A stretch of DNA of 63,852 bases, the filler included, from Aduncisulcus paluster (taxonomy: Eukaryota), in the NCBI GenBank assembly GCA_024181965.1. It is 11 parts of 11 records of this genome, joined end to end, with 100 filler letters (N's around TTAATTAATTAA, not from the genome) between each part and the next. Parts side by side here need not be neighbours in the genome. Positions count along the whole stretch, not along the records: positions 3,907 to 25,058 come from BQXS01010151.1; 10 more parts are not named here. The stretch is one strand, 5' to 3'. Every line of letters starts with the position of its first letter. Position 1 is the first letter of the stretch. A program made the position numbers and the translations under genes. A model generated the notes under the pieces. It worked only from the letters and a program-made list of their open reading frames with translations. It was not told where the DNA came from and ran no database searches. Below, piece by piece: positions 13,101 to 25,158 of the stretch.

Positions 13101-13983
13101 CGACATCTGCCCATTTCTTGATCTCAGAGCGCGTAAACGATGGGTTATGGGTGACTTCAGGGGGCAAAGAAGGATCACAATTGGCCAGGTCAATGGAATA
13201 CATTGTCATGGTGGCACCCCAGGAATTTGTGGAACAAGCTTCGGGGCAAATTGGGCAAATGGACATGAAGGCCTCCTCAGATGTGAAAAACTCTGGTTTT
13301 GGCATGATTCCATACACAGATCTGAGGACATTGATAATGTTAACGGCGAGGGTCTGACTCCGTTCAAATTTCCAAAAAAACATAATTTGCTGATCATGAG
13401 TTTGGTAATTCTTCCAATCCCAGTATACGGGGCACATAACGTACAGAGCTGGGTCAGAAAAATGACGACGAATCAAGAGGGAATCAATGAGAGCGTTATA
13501 GCTTTCGATTGGAACCTCTTGATAGCTGGATGGAGGAGTGAGATGATAAATTTCATATTTACCGAAAAAGTGACTCTTGAAATGAGAATATTGACATGAC
13601 GTTAGGCAGAATCGATAGAATTTGTCAGAATAAGGAGATTTGAACCATTTTTCCTGAAATTCTTCAAAAGTCGGATGAAAATCATCGGAATCTTTACACA
13701 TTCGCTTGAAAGCAGTCGAGGCAAAGCGATATATCTGAGACATATCAGATCCGCTGGGATATCTGTATATGGGGAAAGATGATGAGTGATCAGGACCTTT
13801 TTCATTGACATGATAAAATCTAATTGTTTTGACCGTTGGTGGTAGTTTTGGGGCACGACGGGGGGATGGTGATCTACGATTTGTGTATCTCCATGGACTG
13901 TTTCCCCTTGGTGAAGAAGTTCCTCTTCTTGGATGTTTAGGATATTGGCCCCTTTTGGCATATGGTGATGGGGGTCTTGACAT
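10158..13983 (-). CDS. Large unknown protein: SP/R-rich N-terminus, Cys/aromatic globular region, E-rich coiled coil, FG-containing repeats; spans gap 11573-11592
   Basis: ORFs 11548-13983 and 10158-11702 share repeated sequence across the gap and read as one gene. Confidence 0.75.
11060..12010 (-). repeat. ~240-bp coding tandem repeat (EIRKKLWEEDGSVNVSSFGQGL(S/G)LFGETHEIRGGNDDAxIFGTHxSSSLFGAP)
   Basis: Two non-identical copies lie left of the gap (~11060-11300 and ~11300-11570) and one lies right of it (~11780-12010). Confidence 0.8.
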
Positions 13984-14347
13984 TATGATTTGTGTCCAAA
14001 ACCCACTTTAACTGAAACCGTGAGTCCTCAGAAGTTATGCAGCAAAAAAATACATGGATCGAATAAATAAAAGATTTTAAATACCCCTTTTAAAAATTAT
14101 TTTTGCCTTTTATGCAGGTTTAATGATTTCTGGATGCAAAGGTTCTATCGCAGCTCTTGATAGAAAACCTTAGAATTAATGACAAGAATCCAAATTAAAT
14201 TAGTAAAATTAATACATATACGTTTATTCCTCATCGATCCACATTTGAGGTGCAAGGGAACGACCATTCTTCTATTTTGTACATTTATTATGAGTAATTC
14301 AAGAGTTAAAATCAATGGATTTATATAATAAAGAAACTTTGTTTACG

Positions 14348-16444
14348 TTACAGCTCCTTTTCTGGAATTATTCCTTTATGAGGGCATTTTGACTGCAGCA
14401 ACTCAGTAAGATTAGCAAAATAAGTGCGCTGTTTCTTCAATGTTGCATAATCATTCTCAATTGAAGCCCTTTCGCTCTGGAGGACCTTCAATGTTTGCTC
14501 CCTTCCAGCGATGGATTGTGAAAGATTCTGAACAAGATCTGAAGTGTATCCTTCACAAACATTTTTATAGGCCTTCTCACATAGAATTTGACATTCGGTC
14601 TCATGGATATCACTCTTTAGTTCTTCGACATCCCTATGACCAGTGACGACCTGTTCAACAAGATGCCCACCATAACCAACACTTCTCATACTTCTGACTT
14701 CATCCTCAAGGGCTTTGGCCTCAGCACGGGTCTCTTTCACGGCCTGTGCTCTTGGTTTCATTGCCTCTTTCTTGGCCAAGATTGTCTCGTGAAGCTCAGT
14801 CACAATTTCTCTCATTTCAACAGGGATATCATAAGCCAGCAATCCTGGACTCCTAATTCCTGCGTCAAGATCGAGAGCACTGCTTTCGCGAATCTCTTTA
14901 ATCTCTTGTGCATAATGCTCAAGTTTCTTCTCAGTCTCTGATAGGACAGCGTGTTCACGACGCAAGCGCTCGAGAACTTTCTTTTTCTGATCGACCTGTT
15001 GCTTATTATCTTTCAAGACCAAGGCACAATGCTGGAATTCATACATGGCATTCTCACTTGACGATTGGACAAGCTTTTCGTCCAGCTCTTTTATAGCTTC
15101 CTGTCTCTTCTTCCATTTCTTCTGGGCTTCCTTGAGATGTCTGGTCAAAGCATCAACAGAATCTTGAAGTTCAGAAGAACCTGAAGAGGAAGAGGAGGAA
15201 AAAGATGTGCTCCTACGGGCATCACTCTTTCCAGAAGATGCTGAGAGTTTCTTTGTCAACTCTCGCTCTCTCTCTCTCTCTTCCTCTTCAATCTCTTTTT
15301 TGACTCTTTCTAATTCTTCTTCTTTCTCACGCAGCATGACGTGGAGGTTACCAGGGTTTGTAACTGTGCTCACAGTGTATTTATAGATACCATGGTCATC
15401 TGAACTGCAATCCATGGATCCAGGGCCTGAGGAAGAGGTCACACCAGATACACCAATGGTCGTTGCAGCGGCAGCCATCTGAAGCCTTTCTTTCACACAG
15501 AGCACATCACGAACATTCTCAGGAAGTTCAGGAATAGACTTGCCATCAGAAACTGCATTAGCACTGATCAAAGCATACGATAAGGCCAGAGTTGAAGGCA
15601 TTGTGTCATTAACAGAACGTTTAAGAGCTGTGCATTCACTCTCAGCAGTAGATATTAGGTGTTTGAGAGACTTCTCGCCCCCTTTGAAGGAACTGGCTCT
15701 ATGAATACGGTCTAACTCACCTTTTAATTCTGTTTCTCGCTTCTTTTCATCCTCAAGAAGAGCTTCTTGTTCGGCCAATGTCTTTGAAAGTTCCTCGACT
15801 TGGGAATTCTGAGTGTGGAGGTCACTAATAAGCGGAAGAAGAGAATGGATATCACAACGCTCCCCTAATTCATGGCTAAGCTTATCAACCTTGGCACAGA
15901 GTCCTTCCCTTTCGTCTTCAAGAGCAGAAATATGTTTGGAAACATCAGAAGCTTTTTCGGTGCGTTGACCCCTTTCTTTCTGTAGATATTGATACGCTTG
16001 TTGAAATTCATGTTGTAATTCAGATAATTCACCCAGTAAAGTCTTGATGGAAGGGTCTAGTTGGTGCTCTTGGGGAATCGCCAAAGGAATAGTGTACCTG
16101 GCAATATAAGCCCGTTCTTTTAGGCCCTTAATATCTCTTAAAACGAATGCAAGAATATTTTGAATGGTTTCAGGATCCGATTTCTTTAATTTTTCAAAAA
16201 AATCGGCCCCCGACCCACTTACTTGATAATTTAAATTTTTAAGAAGGCCTAGTAGTGAGTGGATCACATGATCGAAAGTCCACTCTCTACTTGGCTTGAA
16301 ATCGGGAGATACCTCCCCCAACACTTCAACAAGAAGGCTAAGGGCGGAATCTCCGGATTTCATCACATCTTGGAAAGATATTATTGTAAATCTCTTTCCA
16401 AGATGCGAATTGAGCAAGGATATTATCTCGGGAATTGTTAGCAT
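14348..16444 (-). CDS. IFT81: Intraflagellar transport protein 81
   Basis: N-terminal CH-like region (EIISLLN..FTIISF..LSLLVEVLGEVSP..LLGLLKNLNY..LKERAYIARYTIPLAIPQE) matches the IFT81 pattern and is followed by long coiled coils. Confidence 0.85.
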   Translation of the reverse strand: MLTIPEIISLLNSHLGKRFTIISFQDVMKSGDSALSLLVEVLGEVSPDFKPSREWTFDHVIHSLLGLLKNLNYQVSGSGADFFEKLKKSDPETIQNILAFVLRDIKGLKERAYIARYTIPLAIPQEHQLDPSIKTLLGELSELQHEFQQAYQYLQKERGQRTEKASDVSKHISALEDEREGLCAKVDKLSHELGERCDIHSLLPLISDLHTQNSQVEELSKTLAEQEALLEDEKKRETELKGELDRIHRASSFKGGEKSLKHLISTAESECTALKRSVNDTMPSTLALSYALISANAVSDGKSIPELPENVRDVLCVKERLQMAAAATTIGVSGVTSSSGPGSMDCSSDDHGIYKYTVSTVTNPGNLHVMLREKEEELERVKKEIEEEERERERELTKKLSASSGKSDARRSTSFSSSSSSGSSELQDSVDALTRHLKEAQKKWKKRQEAIKELDEKLVQSSSENAMYEFQHCALVLKDNKQQVDQKKKVLERLRREHAVLSETEKKLEHYAQEIKEIRESSALDLDAGIRSPGLLAYDIPVEMREIVTELHETILAKKEAMKPRAQAVKETRAEAKALEDEVRSMRSVGYGGHLVEQVVTGHRDVEELKSDIHETECQILCEKAYKNVCEGYTSDLVQNLSQSIAGREQTLKVLQSERASIENDYATLKKQRTYFANLTELLQSKCPHKGIIPEKEL

Positions 16445-16756
16445 AGCAAAATCAAAACGGTTTTGAAAAAAGCGCAATTGAAGGAGAAATAGAATGAAAA
16501 TCAACGGATTCTCTTTTATTAAATTAAATTCTAGTTCATAAAATTGATATTTTGAAGATAAATGCAGAAGATATGCAATGTTACTTTATTTTTTGTTTTA
16601 TGCCATTTAACTGCAAGAAAGGGAATTAACAGATTATTATGTCAGTGTTAATACATATTCCTTGAGTTTTTCCACTGGAATGTGGTAGAAGACGTCTTGA
16701 AAAAATAGCAAGAATAGACTCTGCAACAAAGGCGCATTTGTTACTATTGAAGAGTT

Positions 16757-18150
16757 AAGAATAAATTCTACAGTTATACTTCCGACATAGAAACTTCCCA
16801 ATATCCAGTGTCTAAATGGTTCGGTTTAGCACTCAAACGAACAAGAAACCAGAGTCGATGTAGATTACTGGAGTGTTTGGATTATCTTCGGAAACAGCTA
16901 AATCGGACAATATCTCATCTCATATAGCTCTTATATCCGGTGAATTATGCTACTCTAAGAGATGGAGTGTCCAACATCACCATTGTTTGAGTCAACAACA
17001 TAAAGCAGGATTATTACACCACTTGGAAAAGAAACTAAAGATTCAATAACTCTCAACGGAGAATTTAAAACAAAAAAAATCTAAAACAAATGATATTGCA
17101 AAATCAAACAAGCTCTGGAGTGGGAAACTAGGAATCAGACAAGTATAGTCATCTACCAGGGAATTCACAACATTCACAGATTAAACCCAAAACTTATCAT
17201 CAAACAATAAAACTTTACAATGCAATATGTGAACAAAATTCGGGACTTAGGAAACGATTTTGTGTCAGGAGTGGAATGACAAGACTAGTATCCAATATAT
17301 GTTAGAAAGAAACCATTTATATTTTTTTAATCGATATATTCTGCAATGTCATCTTGCATTGTTATTATACAGAGTTTTGAATTCTAAAACTTCATTTCTT
17401 CCTGTTGTAAAAGAAATATTGAAAATATTGTATGTCATAATTTTTCGTTAGTTAGATATTAACTTCTTGTCAATCCATAATCACCATGTTTTATTCACTG
17501 GTTCTCTCGCTGGCTGTTCTTTTTTNNNNNNNNNNNNNNNNNNNNTTTTGTGTCAGGAGTGGAATGACAAGACTAGTATCCAATATATGTTAGAAAGAAA
17601 CCATTTATATTTTTTTAATCGATATATTCTGCAATGTCATCTTGCATTGTTATTATACAGAGTTTTGAATTCTAAAACTTCATTTCTTCCTGTTGTAAAA
17701 GAAATATTGAAAATATTGTATGTCATAATTTTTCGTTAGTTAGATATTAACTTCTTGTCAATCCATAATCACCATGTTTTATTCACTGGTTCTCTCGCTG
17801 GCTGTTCTTTTTTGTTCTTGTCGTCATTTCCTCCTTGAAATTCACTTCATGTTCGATGATTGTGGTGACATTCTTTGTTAAAATTATCATATTGTTTTTA
17901 TTATTGTTCGTGTTCTCATCATAGATATTTTAGAACACAATGGATCCAAAACCAACCTCAGAACGTAGCCAAGATATTGTATGTTTCTGAAAGTTTTCGA
18001 ATTTATACATTTTATGATGTTTGATATCATTAATTTGAAAAATAATGCCCATATTGCTTTCATAACCCCTTTTCTGTTTCGGGTGTTTTTTATTTCTTTA
18101 TTTCAACCAAATGCTCAATTAATTTGTTAGATTCAAGAAGTTAAGCCAGA
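16757..18150 (+). repeat. Segmental duplication copy 2 (upstream region, exon 1, intron)
   Basis: Near-identical to the blocks in 5853-7290. Also contains an artefactual overlap at gap 17526-17545. Confidence 0.9.
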
Positions 18151-21100
18151 GTTTATTCATGAAGGTGACGAATCTAGCCCTCCAATTCCTCGGGATTCCC
18201 CGAATGTTAAGAGTCCTGATATAACTGTTATTGAAGCTAAGAATAGGACCAAGGGAAAAGGTGATAAAGGGTATGATCGGTGTTCTAATGCACAAAAGAT
18301 GATGAAAGGAGAGGAGGTTTATTGGGGATCATTTACATTTACAGATATCTCCCTTCCTTTCTCCACATCTACTCCCATTAAGGGTGCATATATATGTATT
18401 GGAGGAGGATACTATTTCTGTCCACCTTCATACCTTATCTTCTCACTTACATCTTCAAAGGGGGAGAAAATGTTTAAAAAATATGAATTTCCTGAATTAG
18501 AAAATGATAGCTGGTTCTTTCTTCCTATTGATCTCTCTGATGTTATTCTATGTGAAATTACAGGGAAAGGAAGAAAGAAAGAGTATTTTGCAATCGACTC
18601 CCTTTTTTTCATAAGTAGAGAAGAAATACCTGAAGAAATCAAAGCTTGTGAAGCTAGAGAGAAACTATGGTCTGAAGCTCCAGTTGTGAAACCAGAGTTT
18701 GTTAAGGAAGGAATTATAAATTCTATTCCCATTTCATGTGATGATCCAAATGTTATAGATCCTTCATTCTCAAAGGTTAAGGGCAAGAATGATACGTTTA
18801 GTAAGGAATCTGAGGAGTATGATCAGAGTTCAGCTGCACAAAAAATGTTAAAAGGGGAATGGGATGGACGCTTTGTGCGGTTATCCCATCTTTCCATCCC
18901 TTTCCCATCAGAATTATTGGTATTGTAAGGAATCTGAGGAGTATGACCAAAGTGAAGAAGCTCAAAGAATGTTGAAAGGTGAAGGAGAAGTGACATTATC
19001 CCATCTTTCCATCCCTTTCCCATCACCTAGTCCAATGAAAGGTGCTTATATCTGTGTGGATAAGGATTCTAGTTCACCCTCTCTTCTCTTCACTTTTACT
19101 GATTGTGATGGCAAGAAGACACGCAAGAAGTATGAATTCACAGAATCTAAAAATAGATATGAATGGCACTTCCTTCTTATTGATTTAGATAATGTTGTAT
19201 TGTGTGAGATTGAAGGGAAAGGAAGGTGGAGATGGAAGAATAGTCGAAGTTTTGCAATCAATTCTTTAGTTTTCCTCCAACAACATATTTTTTTTGGAAA
19301 TGTTGAATATATCTATAAGGGAGACTTTGAATGCATTCCAATCCCTCGAGATGATCCAACATTTATCGGTCCAGATTTTACTGCAATCAAAGCAATAGAG
19401 AAACAAAAAGAAGAATATGAGGATATGAGCAATTCTGCCCAAACGATGATGAAAGGAGAGTTTGGTCGTTTTAAGTTTTTTCATATTTCCATTCCTTTCA
19501 AATCGTCAACATCTATAAAATGTGCCTATATCTGTTTATCATCTCGTAAGTCTCCATCTCTTACATTCACATTCACTTCTTCAAATGGAAACAAAATGTC
19601 ATATTTATATAAATTTGATGAGTTTTCCGAATCTCTATATTGTTGGTTTAAGCTTTCTATTTATCTCTCTGATGTTGTTTCATGTGATATCAAAAGAGAT
19701 GAAGAAGAAAGGGAGAATTTTGATATTTCTTCCCTTGCTTTTTATCGAGAAGATACTTCTGATGAATATATTGCTCGAGAAAAACAAAGAATATATCTTG
19801 AAGAACTCTGGTTGAAATCCTCACCTGTGAAACCAATGTCTGTAACCGAAGAATTTGTAGATTCCCTTGATGATACCTCAATCATAAATCCTTCATTTTC
19901 AATGGTTAAGGGAAAGAATGATGTATATTGTAAGGAATCTGAGAAGTATGATCGGAGTTCAAGAGCACAAAGAATGTTAAAGGGGGAATGTAGTGAAAAG
20001 GCTCAAAAAATGTTGAAAGTGAAATGTGATGTACGGTTATCCCATCTTTCCATCCCTTTCCCATCACCTAGTCCTATGAAAGGTGCTTATATCTGTGTGA
20101 ATAAGAATGCTAGTCATACGTTGTATAGTTCACCATCTCTTCTCTTCACTTTCACTCTTTCGAATGGAAAGAAGATATCCAAGAAGTATGAAGTCACAGA
20201 AATTAAACTTGAATATGACCCAGAAGATCTACATAAATCTGAATATTACTTCTTTCTTCCTATTGATCTTCCAAAGGTTATTATCTGTGAGATTCAAGGA
20301 AAAGGGACATGGAAAGACCGGTTGAGTCGAAGTTTCCAAATGACATCCCTCATTTTCATTAAAGGTGAAGACATTCCTCCCCTTCCTTCAGATTCCACCA
20401 AGCTTATCAAACATGACTCTTTCACTCTCACTTCCTCTGCAACCATCACTCCTCAGTGCATCATTGGTCATGGTGGATTTGGTGAAGTTCTTCTTGTTAA
20501 AGTTGAAGGTATTCCTATTCCTTGTGTTCTGAAGAAAATGCTCCGTGAAGCTGATGAAAAAGTTGTTAAAGAATGTCGACATGAGTTCAAGATGCAACGA
20601 AAGTTATTTAACAATCCAAAATGTTTCAATCGTATCCCTCGTCCTTTGTATATCCTTGACCTGCTTGATGCAGATATGAAAGGAGTATATGGATTTATCA
20701 TGGAATATTGTGCTGGAGGTAGTGTGAGTGCATTTGCTAGAAGTTGGTGTGATGATGGCAAGTATGTGAGTGATATTGGTGATGCTGATGATAGCTGTGA
20801 TTATGATATTGACATAACTCATATTGACCCCATGAGACTTAACCCTGTGAAAGTATGTTCTCTCTGTGTTGGAATGATTGAGTGTCTCGATGATGTGTTA
20901 AGAGCAAAGAAGAGTCTTGTCCATCGAGATGTCAAACCAGATAACTTCCTTGTTCGTGTTGATCATGATTCGAAGAAATGCACCATCGTTCTCTCTGATC
21001 TTGGAATGGTTCAAATCTTAGATTCCATCTCTTCTTCAGCATCTTCCAAATCAGCTACACATCCAATCCTGAGTGAAAAGAAAGAAAAGACCTCAAAACC

Positions 21101-23038
21101 AAGGAATTCCAGATGTGGAACTCTTGTGTATAATTCGTATGAAACTCTTTGTGAGGGGAGACAGACTCAAAAGAGTGATGGATATTCTCTTGGAATGTCG
21201 ATTCTTTCGTTATTCTTATGTGAGCATCCTTTCACTTCTTTACCCAAATTCAGTGAGGTTTATAGGAAAGTTTGTATGGGAGAAGCTGATGATTTTGATC
21301 TTATGAAATTATTAAAGCGGTTAGTGGAAAATGATATGTGTCAACGTCTATCTCGATCTCCTTTGTTTAAGTCCTTGTTAACTATTGAAGATGGGAAATA
21401 TAAACCTGTTCATGTATGTTTGAATGAAATATTCACAGGTCTCACTAGACTAGACAAAGATGAACGTATGAGTGTTCATGAAGCTCGCAAGAAGGTGCAA
21501 AGCATCAAAGATTTATTGCCAAAGATTGTACTGCCACAAATTGGAGAAGGGTTTATATGTCCATCCATTGAGGATATTATTGAACGTCAGCTTGCAGAGT
21601 ATGACGGGAATGCTGGAATCATTGAAGAGGTAAAGGAAGATGAGAGTGAAAAATCTGGACCTATAAAGGAAATACGAGCCACAGATATGGATAGTTCTGA
21701 TATTCATCCCTTTCCTAAAGCTATAAGTATTCCCATACCTAGCTCAGTTTCCACAAAAGTTGAAGATGAATTGGAATGTGAGAAATATCAAAAAGAGGAA
21801 ATTTCATCTGGGGCTGTCATAAATCGGTTATGTAGGCTTGGAAGTGGTGGATTTAGTGAAGTCTTTCTTGTTACAGTTAATGATATCCCTTTGCCATGCG
21901 TTCTAAAGAAATTTAGACGAAAAAACCAGGAAGCTATTGAACGCGTGAAAAAGAGATGCAAAATGGAGTTTGATTGGCAAAACAAATTATTCCTCGATTC
22001 TGAATGTCTCCACCGTATACCACGTCCATTGTATATCCTTGATACGCATTCAGAGTATCAAGGATTTATCATGGAATATTGTGCTGGAGGTAGTGTTAAA
22101 GATTTTGCTGCACAACTCATATTGATCCCATGACACTGAACCCAGTGAAAGTGAGTGCTCTCTGTGTTGGCATGATTGAGTGTCTTGATGATGTGTTTAG
22201 AGCAAAGAAGAGTCTTGTTCATCGAGATGTCAAACCAGACAACTTCCTTGTTCGTGTTGATCATGATCCCCAAGATGGAAATTGCACTGTTGTTCTTTCT
22301 GACTTTGGATTTGTGAAAAGTCAAGAAAATATACGATGTTCCAGATGCGGCACATTTGTTTACAATTCATATGAAGCTCTTCAAGGTTTCCACTCCCAAA
22401 AGAGTGATGGATATTCTCTTGGAATGTCGATTCTTTCGTTATTCTTATGTGAGCAACCTTTCACTTCATTGCCCATCTACAGAGAGGTTTATAGGAAAGT
22501 TTGTATGGGAGAAGCTGATGATTTTGATCTTATGAAATTATTAAAGCGGTTAGTGGAAAATGATATGTGTCAACGCCTATCTCGATCTTCTTTGTTTCAG
22601 TCCTTGTTAACTATTGAAGATGGGAAATATAAACCTGTTCATGCATGTTTGAATGAAGTATTCACAGGTCTCACCAAAAAAGATGAAGATGAACGTATGA
22701 GTGTTCATGAAGCTCGAAAGAAAGTGCAATCCATCAAAGATTTATTGCCAAAAATCAGCACGAAATGTCCACAACTAGATGATATTATTTTCTATTATCG
22801 TCAGATTTACCCTTCTTCAAAATTCATTAGAGATATCAAGGATGATAAAAGTACTATGAAAAAAGGAATTCCTTTAAGCTCAACAAAAACAACTCAATCT
22901 GAAATGGAGAAGTGGAGAAGCGATGGAAATCAATTAATTCCTTTAAGTTCAACTTATACCATAGGGACTAGTAGCGGAAGTAATACAGGAACTGAACTTC
23001 AAAGTACAGAGAAAGATACTAGAGATGTCCCTCGATAA
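17940..23038 (+). pseudogene. Four DOC/APC10-like repeats plus two tandem kinase domains. Intron 17979-18130; frame breaks at ~18910-18930 and ~22110-22130
   Basis: Same exon 1 as the 7078 gene. Kinase 1 has GHGGFGEV/CVLKK/HRDVKPDNF/DLG. Kinase 2 has GSGGFSEV, then a frameshift, then HRDVKPDNF/DFG. ORFs 18299-18928, 18864-22133 and 22130-23038 are colinear pieces. Confidence 0.7.
17979..18130 (+). other. Spliceosomal intron, 152 nt, phase 0
   Basis: GTATGT..TTAG. Exon 2 (ATT CAA GAA GTT AAG CCA GAG..) is in frame with ORF 18299. Confidence 0.85.
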
Positions 23039-24024
23039 TCTATTCCATTTACATGTCTTCCTATATAATCTGAGAAAGAACAGGATGAACCTTTTGCAGT
23101 TTCGTTACCCTCAAAAATTCAAAGCACGGAGAAAGAAAATCGTGATATCCCTTCATATCTTCGAGAAAGTCAAGCCTCTCGTAAGGACGTAGGGATGATA
23201 AAAAGATTCATACTTCACAAACTTCCACATCAATTTCAACAATCCAAAGTTCTGTGGGTGATCACAGGGATATGATGTCATTTACTGTTGATATTGATAG
23301 TCAAGGTCAAAGGATAATCAAACCAAAGGAAAAGGAAGTGGATTCTACAGTGGAATAATCAACAATGTTGATTCAATATTCTACAAGTGAAGATCATGAC
23401 ATGTGGAGACAGACATCAAAAAATAAACAACAACTCAAACACTAATGAGTTCCAAACACCATGAGTTACGACTAACACAAACGTTCTTTTGTCAGATTCA
23501 GATTTAATTTGATGAGAGATTCTTTGTTATAAAAACACCAAAGTCTGAAAATCTTCACTAAATTTCAAGAGAGACGAAACAAATTGAGATATCTTCGAAT
23601 CCACCTTTCACTTAATTTTGGTTGCTTTCTTGATCGAGTTGCTTTATCGGAGTTTTATGTCTAAAATGGCATTGATGTTGTAAAATACCATTCGATGAAC
23701 ACTTTATACAAAACATCCTTGAATTCCAATCGAAATATCATTTGCAGAAGAAATATCCTTACTAAGTGTATTTAATGGCTAAGAAATTTCTGAAACAAGC
23801 TGAGCATTAACATAAATCAATTTCTTTATCTTCTTTTTTTATAGGAAGTTCCTATATAATCTGTAAATATTTGTTTGAATAAAGAATCCTATCTGTTCCT
23901 TCTCTTCAGCTTCCTCACTTAGGTCAACGTTTCCAACTGAAAAGAGAGCCAAGAAAGTGGTCATGTTGGAAATATTTGAATTAATTTTTTCTCAGGAAAT
24001 CAAAATATAAGAAAACAAAACATT

Positions 24025-25058
24025 TCAGAACCCACCCGAATTCTCAGCGTCTTTCTTCTTCATTTGACGACGTTGAAATTCGTCAAATGAAATAATTGTG
24101 TCTCTTGTCAAAATTCCCACACCCTTTCGCTTTCGAAGAGAAGAAGCTGTTTGTTGCATGAGACGTCCTCCTTTGATTTTTGAGAAATCTTTTGAAGACA
24201 CAGAAGAAGACTCGTCGCTTGTTTCACTCTCGCTCTTGATAATTTTTGTTGTTCGAGATGATCTTCCTTTGTGCTTATAACTGTCTTTTCTTTTCCTCGG
24301 TTTATCGATATTTGTTTCCCTTTTTCTTGATGTTTTAGATGAGGATGAAATTTTATCCTTGCCCGACTTGCTGTGATGGACTTTTGTTGACTTTTTGTGG
24401 TGCTGACGTGATGATTTCTCGTGACCTGGATTTTTATGCTGATAATAATGCGATTGTCCGTGTTGAGTTTCATCATCTTCTGGTGTAACATGATCTTCAT
24501 CATCAATGCTATAAGTTGCTGTATCTTCACTGGTGGTCTCATCCACACTGCTGTCATGGTGACGATCTCCACTCTCGTGCCCAATGTGGCGATTCCTTTG
24601 TAACAAATGAGCATGTGCCGAATCAGTGCCAGTTCCATGAGTGGGATGAGAAGCATCTTCTTCCACTTTCATAACACCATGGCTATCATTCACATACTCA
24701 ACAGTGACACTTGGACGATGCGAGGGAGGTCCAGTGGGGAGAAATGAAGGAGGAGGGTAAGGAGGAGTGATGTGGGCTGAATATGGATCAAATGGAGAAG
24801 CCAGAGAGGGAACACGAAAGCCAGAAGAAGACTCTTGATGGAGCGTCGAAGAAGTGTTTGCTGCAGAAGCCGTGGCAGTGTAATGTGGAGTTGGTGGGAG
24901 AGGGGAAGAATTGGTTTGAGTGTCACGGTCAACTTTGGAAGCCCTAGATTCCTGTTCCCATTGTTTTCGAAGCCGTTCCTCTTCTTTTTTCTTCCTCTCA
25001 CGTTCAATTTCTTCTTCTTTCTTCTTTTTCTCATCTTCTTCTTTCTTCTTTTTCTCAT
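24025..25058 (-). CDS. Low-complexity charged/Pro/His/Ser-rich protein, 5'-truncated
   Basis: The frame of ORF 24025-24693 stays open to the scaffold end (EKKKKEEDE..ERLRKQWEQESRASK..PPYPPPSF..). Confidence 0.7.
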
Positions 25059-25158
25059 NNNNNNNNNNNNNNNNNNNNNNNNNNNNNNNNNNNNNNNNNN
25101 NNTTAATTAATTAANNNNNNNNNNNNNNNNNNNNNNNNNNNNNNNNNNNNNNNNNNNN

